DNA from: Chloroflexota bacterium
GTDB taxonomy: Bacteria; Chloroflexota; Anaerolineae; UBA1429
Assembly: GCA_012719135.1 (NCBI GenBank)
Contig: JAAYAW010000035.1
Coordinates: 3,799-67,798, forward strand
Direction: 5' to 3'
Length of the DNA stretch: 64,000 bases
The position numbers were made by a program, and so were the translations under genes. Within the stretch, counting starts at the first letter, position 1; each line of letters begins with the position of its first letter. Below are positions 30,801 to 36,571 of this stretch, in pieces. The notes below the pieces were generated by a model, which saw only the letters and a list, made by a program, of their open reading frames with translations, did no database searches and was not told the DNA's origin.

Positions 30801-31611
30801 GCTATACGTCGCCTGGGTGCGGCAGGACCTCGCCGGGATCTCAAGGTCACGCGGGCTGTATGTTGCCCAGTCCGACGATGGAGGCGAACGCTGGAGCGAG
30901 CCGCGGTTCGTCTCTGAGGGGGAATGCGAGAACATCACGCTGGTCCTGGCGGCGGGCGGAGGGCCTCATCTGCTGTGGCAGGAGGCCGGCTCGGAACACG
31001 GCGTCTGGGAGAGCTACAGTTCGGACTCTGGCGCACGTTGGAGCCTCCCATCGCGGGTGCGCGGTTATGCGGCCCTGGAGGGGGCGGCCGGCATCGCAAC
31101 AGACGGCCAGGGGCGTCTGTTCCTGGCGGGCATACAGGCAGAGGATGGCGGCCGGCAGGCCTTGCTTACCGCCAAGTGGGAGCGCAGCACGCAGCAGTGG
31201 ACGATCGATGAGCCGGTGTTGCTCCCACGCGCCGTGACCGAGGCGACCGATGTATCACTGGCGTTGGAGCCCGATGCGGGGCGCCTGGCGGCTATCGTTT
31301 CCGCGCGAGCTCTCTCCGAGGGGGAGGGGGATGAGCCCGTGCTCCTGGCCATGAGTCGGCCGGTCGAACCTCGCGGGGTCGGGCCAGAGTGGCTCGGCGA
31401 CGCTCAGGTGGCGCCCACGACCCAGGCTCAGCCCACGACTATGCCGTCCGTCACGCCACAAGCATCAGTGCCGGCCGAGGCTCCCACTTCGGCGAACGGG
31501 ACGGTCGCCGTCGGACCGATGACGGTCCCGATCCTCTCCATCGGCGGCATCGTCCTGGTGGCTCTCTTGGTGGCGGGTGTGCTTGTGGTGAGGGGGCGGG
31601 CCAGGCTCTAG
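27805..31611 (+). CDS. Large Asp-box (BNR) repeat surface protein, sialidase/glycosidase-like beta-propeller(s), signal peptide + C-terminal TM anchor
   Basis: N-terminal signal peptide (MRLLRITIVTSVIVSLFALCWPLRGMA). At least 8 SxDxGxTW Asp-boxes (SEDGGESWS, SQDGGDTWS, SPDGGSNWP, SADGGVTWS, SSDRGETWR, SDDGGERWS, SSDSGARWS...). C-terminal Thr/Pro/Ala linker, then a hydrophobic helix and the RGRARL tail. Confidence 0.7.
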   Translation: MRLLRITIVTSVIVSLFALCWPLRGMAEGPSWGRPVNLSRSGAASDPSLLYEGDQTYALWWDSYDGVTVAVRSDGEWGNPTPVPISDYLYDASGSIRINATTGVYLRDTIRSGSITADGTGGVAAFFLARAEGSGPLALRQTRAALDTFDWAAAQTVVSAASGWRAVPGPDGTLHLAVFYTGRDEGTLPGVYYLRSEDGGESWSDMVLVAESLYVRRATPEKSHISLSAVEGGAIYLAWNEPGTGRALWSWSQDGGDTWSPSRLVAPDDPKASNAHLESLGDGRVLLLWEGTGTGDAPALYSSVSPDGGSNWPKPDAVLSLLNGGAAGLALQPHPAGGLLLAAGGVADGPALARFGKLGEEIVADAWSDCVTLPHVTGAAERLRVASVERWQAVAAAGEIILTGVDPSGDVWALSSAIDTLEWPTVVAPTWEEDADSNAGHTLAATGAVGPPTLVQGNGPARQAFWWDSVEGLVSAYSDGAVWYSAQAARAEATESGVPGPVPFGAQLATNSAGDVIACWIAREGAAEGPVLCRSQAIGLHLWADAAVVAESATAFRLRAGGDGALHLLLARSAEAEEASAGLYYLTYSEEAGEWSEPVQVAPVGLIEGSALSDSDLDVDATNGQRRAAWLDPMAGALFYSGSADGGVTWSAPLNASEGVAEPAHPQVAADGDNTIYVFQTAGSGLLQTRIDASGGLVDGPKSILSSYSGAALRSGWQLAGQGTDRLLLVVPESPVAVAIATWLGDGWSEQVVPLSGAASSTPADEAAAMAAHYQEGLLSITTVSEAGQAVLWDLPAAASGWGQEEGEIWSWPVRSASLAEGVGRPAAQIDGDLRVHVLWHTGSPYGDALWYAQWLDTKWSAPVQVVRPDEGIARDPDLAVIGEHLHAVWSAGFDGGPEATVTYTSDASAASSWPLGRALPGPVSPRNAIGAHPALTADLAGTVHAVYAVPINQYRGIYYTQSSDRGETWRASSLVFDAAVAGWAMVDDPAIAVDHDGTLYVAWVRQDLAGISRSRGLYVAQSDDGGERWSEPRFVSEGECENITLVLAAGGGPHLLWQEAGSEHGVWESYSSDSGARWSLPSRVRGYAALEGAAGIATDGQGRLFLAGIQAEDGGRQALLTAKWERSTQQWTIDEPVLLPRAVTEATDVSLALEPDAGRLAAIVSARALSEGEGDEPVLLAMSRPVEPRGVGPEWLGDAQVAPTTQAQPTTMPSVTPQASVPAEAPTSANGTVAVGPMTVPILSIGGIVLVALLVAGVLVVRGRARL

Positions 31612-31685
31612 CTGCCGCGCCGAGGTAAAAAAAGGACGAGCGAAGCGAGGGGGGTTGCTCCGCCCGTCCCGTGTCTCCCGCCTGG

Positions 31686-34600
31686 CTACGGGCGGAAGGT
31701 TATGGGCATCATCAAGTGGTAGTCGAACTGCTGCGCTTCGACTTTAAAGCTCCCGACGGTAGACCAGGGCCCCTCAGAGGTGCAGCCGCTCTCTGTGCAG
31801 ACGGCGCGGACGCGCCAGAAGTAGTCACCCGCCGGCGCGTGGCTGGCCAGTCGCATGCTCGTGCGTACGGTCGTGGTATCCATCGCCAGCGAGCTGAGCG
31901 AGGCGTCCGAGTAGATCTCCACCTCATAGTAGGAAGCGTTAGCGACCGTCTGCCACGCGAGCTCGGGCTCTTCGTTATAGCCAAAGGTTGTTGCAGCCAG
32001 CGGCGCGACCAGCGATACGGCTGCAGGCAACGGGCAGCTGAGCGTGGTGAAGGACCACCAGGGGCCCGCAGTGGGGCCGTTCAGCCCGACGGAGACGACC
32101 TGCCATTCGTAGACTGTAGCCTCGACCAATTCACCCGGATAACAGCTGGCAGAGCTCAGGTTGGTGCATACGCGTGTCCCCGAGCCGGACCCGCCGGTGC
32201 GCAGATATACGTCGTAGGTTACGTCCTCACCCGGGCAGGTGTGCCCGCCGCACCAGCTCAAAGTGACATCCACTGCCACGCCTGTGGCATCGTCTGCCGG
32301 GGTAGGGTCATACGGAACTGTTGGCGGCACGGTACAGGGCAACTGATCCGTAGTGAACTGCCAGAGGGGCCCGGTGGTGCTGCCCGCCGCGCTGGTCGCC
32401 ACGACCTGCCAGGTATAGGTCTCTCCACCGATCAACCCGCCAGGATTACACGTTGTATCAGAGCCTGAACAGACGAGAGTAGAGGCGCTGCCGCCGGTCC
32501 CCAGGTAGACCTCGTACGTGACGGTCTCGCTCAAGCAGGTGTGCCCCCCAGTCCAGGACAGCGCGCTATCGACGCTCACAGCCTGCGCCGCGTCGGCGGG
32601 GCTGGGCGAAGTGGGTGTGTAGGGCGCCACGGCGCAAGGATCGCTGGAGCCCATGCTCGAGAGGGAGAGCGATGGATCGCCGTACAGGTTGGCGCCCAGA
32701 AGGTTCATCCAGAACCCGCCCGTGGAGTAGAGTGCGCTGTAGGCCCGGAAGTAGGCCAGGGCATCCCCGATCGCGTCGCCATTGGCCGCCAGCCGCTCGC
32801 TGACCCGGTAGCCGATGGAGGCATTGTCCGCCCAACCTGCACCGGTCTTGGGAGTCCAGGCGCCCGTCATGTACCAGCTTAGACGCGAGGAGCTGATGGT
32901 GCCCACCGAGCCGTTCACCAGGAGCCGGTATCCGAGGTTGTCCAGACGCTCCGGTTGCCCGTTCAGGCAGGCGACCTGTACGACAAAGGATGGCCGATCG
33001 TTACTGAGCTGGTAGGTGTCACCCGAACTGAGAAACGTGGGTGAACTGGTCTCCTGCGAGTACTGGGTGATGCGGTCCGCCCGCGTGCTGTCGTTGACCC
33101 AGACGCGCCTGTAGGCCCCCATGTAGTTGCCGTGTCCCCACCAGGTCACGAGGCCGTAGCCTTGGTTCCACGCGCTGATCATATTCGCCGTGCTGAGGGC
33201 GGCATTGGTTAATGTCAACGGGTAGGCTGACCCATCCCCATAGATGCCAGACTTTTCGTAGAGTGTATACGCATCCAGGCTGGCCTCCGCGAGCATGGAT
33301 TTCACGGCCTCGCCCCAGTCATCGCCGTAGGTGCGCTGGCTGAGCTGGTAATCGGCCGTGCCATCGTTGTTATTATCCTGGGGGCCGTGGTTAGAGATGG
33401 CCGCGGCGATGATGGCGCGCTGGCGCCAGGACAGGTCGCCAGTGGCGCTGGCATAGGCCACGGAGCGGGCCAGGATCGCATCCAGATCGGCAAAGGTGCC
33501 GTAGAAGGGAATCCGGCCCACGGTAACCTCGGGCAGCCGGTCAATGCCGCCTGTGCCGATATCGGTGAGTTCGCCATAGGTACCGTTGCCGTTGAGATCC
33601 CAGGTGCCACTCAGGTCCGAGTAGAACATGTCCGTGGGAGTGCTCTGGTACGGGTTCGTGAGCTTCATCGGCACGCTGGTCGCCGAGCTAAAGGCCGTGG
33701 GATCGGGATTGCCCACGAGGAGCACATAGAGGATCCCCTCGGCGGCATAGTGCGCCTGGAGCCAGCTGCGGATGTTGTTGGCGCGGGCATCGGCGGTTGA
33801 CCCAGATAGATACGTGGTTGCCGTGTCAGCCGCGCCCTCCGTGACGACCTTGACGGTGTACCCGTTGGCCTGTTTGTTGGCGACGAACGCAGCGAGTTGC
33901 GCACTGCCATCGCGGATGGACGCCGTGGTGATGATCACATAGTCGTTCGTCGCAGCGGCCTCAGGCCCGTCCGGCAGGGTACCCCGGCCACCGGCCAGCG
34001 GCGCCTGCGGGTAAAAGGCGGTGCGATCCTCAGCGTTCACCAGTTGCGGGGCCAGCATGTCCCAGGCCACTCGCTCAGCGGCGTCGGCCTGTATAACAGA
34101 ACGAAGCTCCTGGCTGAAGGTCACCAACGCGGAGGCGTCGGCGCTCTGCCGCAGCGTGCCCTGAACGGGGTTGTAGGACAGGGGCCAGTAGGAGAGGGTG
34201 ACGACGCGGTAGCCGCGTTGCTCGCCGATCGATTCGATCGTGACGGGATCGGACGGCCAGAAGGCGTCCGCCTCGTAGATGGCCCTGAGTCCGCCTTCGG
34301 CAAGATCGTCCGCCTGCAGTCCGTTCCAGTTCTCCTGCGCCATCTCGTCGCTGGAGATCAGCGGTCCGGCGGGCGGCACAAAGATCGACCCGCCCAGGTC
34401 GGCCGACCCAGATGCCTCAAAGGAGACCGCCACAGAACCAAGGTCTGCGACGGAGGGCAACAGCACCTGCAGTGTTCGCACTGGAAGGCGCGGCTCCCCC
34501 GGGCGCGCATTCAGATCGTATCCCGGAAGCGACAGAGCCTCTTCCATCGGCAGGCTCAGGTCCGGGCTCGCCGCCATCGGCAGATCCACGCGGATGGCAC

Positions 34601-34724
34601 CCGTAGCCGGGGTGCCCAGTGCCACGGACGGCCACGCGCCGAGTGCCAGAACTACCACCAGCACCAGCGCGAGCAGCGCCTGTCCCCGTGCTTTGTTCAA
34701 GATCCCAACTGACTCTCTTCTCAT
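31686..34724 (-). CDS. Secreted peptidase C25 (gingipain-family, clan CD) with three C-terminal fibronectin-III-like domains
   Basis: Signal peptide. C25 catalytic-domain hallmarks (DYVIITT..., His in WWGHGN, Cys in VVQVACLNGQ). It is followed by three ~90-aa repeats with the FN3-like pattern (TYEVYLGTGG...TYTWQVVAT). Confidence 0.7.
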   Translation of the reverse strand: MRRESVGILNKARGQALLALVLVVVLALGAWPSVALGTPATGAIRVDLPMAASPDLSLPMEEALSLPGYDLNARPGEPRLPVRTLQVLLPSVADLGSVAVSFEASGSADLGGSIFVPPAGPLISSDEMAQENWNGLQADDLAEGGLRAIYEADAFWPSDPVTIESIGEQRGYRVVTLSYWPLSYNPVQGTLRQSADASALVTFSQELRSVIQADAAERVAWDMLAPQLVNAEDRTAFYPQAPLAGGRGTLPDGPEAAATNDYVIITTASIRDGSAQLAAFVANKQANGYTVKVVTEGAADTATTYLSGSTADARANNIRSWLQAHYAAEGILYVLLVGNPDPTAFSSATSVPMKLTNPYQSTPTDMFYSDLSGTWDLNGNGTYGELTDIGTGGIDRLPEVTVGRIPFYGTFADLDAILARSVAYASATGDLSWRQRAIIAAAISNHGPQDNNNDGTADYQLSQRTYGDDWGEAVKSMLAEASLDAYTLYEKSGIYGDGSAYPLTLTNAALSTANMISAWNQGYGLVTWWGHGNYMGAYRRVWVNDSTRADRITQYSQETSSPTFLSSGDTYQLSNDRPSFVVQVACLNGQPERLDNLGYRLLVNGSVGTISSSRLSWYMTGAWTPKTGAGWADNASIGYRVSERLAANGDAIGDALAYFRAYSALYSTGGFWMNLLGANLYGDPSLSLSSMGSSDPCAVAPYTPTSPSPADAAQAVSVDSALSWTGGHTCLSETVTYEVYLGTGGSASTLVCSGSDTTCNPGGLIGGETYTWQVVATSAAGSTTGPLWQFTTDQLPCTVPPTVPYDPTPADDATGVAVDVTLSWCGGHTCPGEDVTYDVYLRTGGSGSGTRVCTNLSSASCYPGELVEATVYEWQVVSVGLNGPTAGPWWSFTTLSCPLPAAVSLVAPLAATTFGYNEEPELAWQTVANASYYEVEIYSDASLSSLAMDTTTVRTSMRLASHAPAGDYFWRVRAVCTESGCTSEGPWSTVGSFKVEAQQFDYHLMMPITFRP

Positions 34725-34859
34725 GATCCAGGTCCCCCCACTTGCCCGCCCCTCGCGGGCTGCCTGCCTCGCAGGCAGAGCACGGTTCGCGCACCAGTAG
34801 CCAAATTCATGGTGCCTTTTGGTCTCGCTCTGCCCACATGATAGCGCGTGGGGTACCTG

Positions 34860-35010
34860 GTTGGCAACATTTATGCCGTGTTTACGTAAGTGGATATCTG
34901 ATTACATCATCTCAGTATGTGTAAATCATACATAAGCTGGCGCATATTCGTTTCTCGCGTTATCAGCAAGTGCACATCGTTATACTATAGTATATATTGT
35001 TCTCAGCGGG
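34860..35010. promoter_or_regulatory. AT-rich (~35% GC) intergenic island containing perfect 14-bp palindrome TATACTATAGTATA (34981-34994); probable promoter/operator region of C25 peptidase gene
   Basis: Sharp local GC drop in a 67%-GC genome. Contains TTACGTAA and the 14-bp perfect palindrome. Located 135-285 nt upstream of the peptidase start codon (34724). Confidence 0.35.
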
Positions 35011-35146
35011 CATTGAACGAGGCCTGACGACCGGCCCAGGGTAGAGCGGAGACGTCTGCGTAAAGACGCCAAAGAGGGATCAGGGTGTTCTCACAAGCTT
35101 TTTACGTATCGGGGGCGTATCGCGGGGATAAGGGAAGGGTAAACAG

Positions 35147-35713
35147 CTAGGGTTTGCGCGCACCGGGCTTGAGCGTGGCGACGAGGGGAAGATTACGAAA
35201 GTAGGAGGCTGAGTCGAGGCCGTAGCCCACCACGAACTCGTCAGGGAGCTCCAGCCCCCGGTAGGCGAGGGGCACATCGATGAGCCGGCGGTAGGGGCGG
35301 TCAAACAGCACGGCGACCTGGATGGAGGCCGGCTGGCGTGTGCGCAGTGTGCGAAGCAGATAGGCCAGGCTCAGCCCGGTATCGATCACGTCCTCAACAA
35401 AGAGCACGTGCCGGCCCGTGATCGGCAGATCAAGGTCCTTGACGATGCGCACCGTGCCTGAGGATGACTCCGGGCCATAGTGCGAGATGGCCATGAAATC
35501 CACGGCAACCGGGATGGAGATGGACCGTAACAGGTCCGCCATAAAGAGGACCACGCCGGTGAGGACGCCGACGAGGACGGGCTTCCTGTCGGCATAGTCG
35601 GCGCTGATGCGGGCGCCCATGGCGGCCACCGCCTCCTGAATCTCCTCGGTGCTCACGACCACCCGGTCGATGCGATCCAGAAGGCCGCCCTCACGGGGCT
35701 CAGTGCTCGTCAT
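35147..35713 (-). CDS. hpt: Hypoxanthine(-guanine) phosphoribosyltransferase
   Basis: 188 aa. PRPP-binding motif VLFVEDVIDTGLSL, plus the HPRT-typical VLVGVLTGVVLFMADL and LPDEFVVGYGLD. Confidence 0.9.
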   Translation of the reverse strand: MTSTEPREGGLLDRIDRVVVSTEEIQEAVAAMGARISADYADRKPVLVGVLTGVVLFMADLLRSISIPVAVDFMAISHYGPESSSGTVRIVKDLDLPITGRHVLFVEDVIDTGLSLAYLLRTLRTRQPASIQVAVLFDRPYRRLIDVPLAYRGLELPDEFVVGYGLDSASYFRNLPLVATLKPGARKP

Positions 35714-36125
35714 GGCTCAGCGCCCCTTTGCCGACGAGCTCCTCGGAATGCTCCTCACGACCGTAGCGACCCAGCATCCACTCAAAGTCTTTCCGATTCC
35801 ACAGTTTGATGCGAACATCCGGATACAGGCGTGCCAGCTCGCGCAGCTTGCGACGCTTTAGGCGGATCAGCTTCTGGCGGAGAGTGGTTAGCTCGACATA
35901 GAGATCCTGATCCACGAGATAAAAGTCAGGGGAAAACGCCTCCGTGATGTTCCCATGCTCGTCCCACTGGAGAGGAAAGGTGAACGGCTCGTACTCCCAG
36001 CGGATACCGTAAAAGTCCAGGACCCGGGCGAACTCGGCCTCACTGGGATGGGCAAAATCGATGGCTTTCTTCGGTTTGGACGGATTACGGAACGGCCGAG
36101 GTCTTGAGGGTGCGGCGTCTTGCAT
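35700..36125 (-). CDS. Hypothetical protein (conserved-looking, basic N-terminus), co-operonic with hpt
   Basis: Start MQDAAPS, assigned by amino-acid offset from the ORF end. A 14-nt overlap with the hpt start implies translational coupling. No motif recognised. Confidence 0.5.
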   Translation of the reverse strand: MQDAAPSRPRPFRNPSKPKKAIDFAHPSEAEFARVLDFYGIRWEYEPFTFPLQWDEHGNITEAFSPDFYLVDQDLYVELTTLRQKLIRLKRRKLRELARLYPDVRIKLWNRKDFEWMLGRYGREEHSEELVGKGALSHDEH

Positions 36126-36212
36126 GCAGGTGGTCTCAATCCTCCCGGGAGCTCGCTTATCTGGCCGCATTATAGACGGGGAAGGCACTCTGTCAACGGT
36201 GGGGACGGGGGC

Positions 36213-36506
36213 AACATAGAAAGGCCGCCATCCCCGTATCGGGATGGCGGCCTTCTCTCACACAGCGCAAGACCCCAAGTGACCGCTTCAGCGATCCATA
36301 CACCTTCGTTGTTAACGGAGTTTCTTCTCCACTAGCTCGAGTGAATCACCTTTCCCGTAACCGGTACTTGCTGATGGCTTTAGGTAGCAACTCTCGCCGC
36401 CATCTATAGACCACGAACGGCCCTCCGGGTTCCCACCCGGGAACATTCCGCTCACTCGGCTATTCAGTTGTGTATGAACTGCTTCTCCGACCTCTCAGGG
36501 CCTTGC
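36213..36506 (-). ncRNA. Candidate ORF-less structured RNA: ~290-nt leader (riboswitch/attenuator-like) or sRNA upstream of DUF-hpt operon
   Basis: Bounded by a sigma70-like promoter (36513-36541) and the intrinsic terminator (36223-36252). No ORF >60 aa on the minus strand, and GC is lower (~50%). Contains local hairpins (e.g. GUUCCC-GGGU-GGGAAC). Does not match purine, T-box or SRP consensus by eye. Confidence 0.35.
36223..36252 (-). terminator. Intrinsic terminator (12-bp perfect stem, 6-nt loop, U-rich tail on minus strand)
   Basis: GGCCGCCATCCC-cgtatc-GGGATGGCGGCC, followed on the minus strand by UUUCUAUGUU. Lies ~100 nt upstream of the DUF-hpt operon start. Confidence 0.6.
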
Positions 36507-36512
36507 ACCCAC

Positions 36513-36541
36513 ATAGTACAATACTCCCCGGGCGATGTCAA
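36513..36541 (-). promoter_or_regulatory. Sigma70-like promoter on minus strand: TTGACA (36541-36536), 17-nt spacer, TACTAT (36518-36513)
   Basis: Perfect -35, a 17-nt spacer and a 4/6 match at -10. Oriented toward the leader and the DUF-hpt operon. Confidence 0.45.
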
Positions 36542-36571
36542 TACCTCGGGGCGACTTTTGTGCCAAACTGG

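Noticed and set aside
31612-31685. Imperfect hairpin GGACGAGCG...CGCCCGTCC with A7 run between convergent propeller and peptidase genes
   Set aside because: The stem has a mismatch and a very large loop. It may be a weak bidirectional terminator but is not well enough supported to list as a feature.
36300-36345. T-box-like sequence GGGUGGGAACCCGG in the hpt leader
   Set aside because: It resembles the T-box antiterminator motif (GGGUGGNACCGCGG) but lies ~170 nt upstream of the terminator rather than overlapping its 5' arm. T-box control of hpt would also be unprecedented. It is treated as an unclassified hairpin.
36495-36525. Plus-strand promoter-like TTGCAC ... TACAAT
   Set aside because: The spacer is only 8 nt and no plus-strand gene lies downstream. 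The minus-strand TTGACA-17-TACTAT at the same locus is far more convincing.
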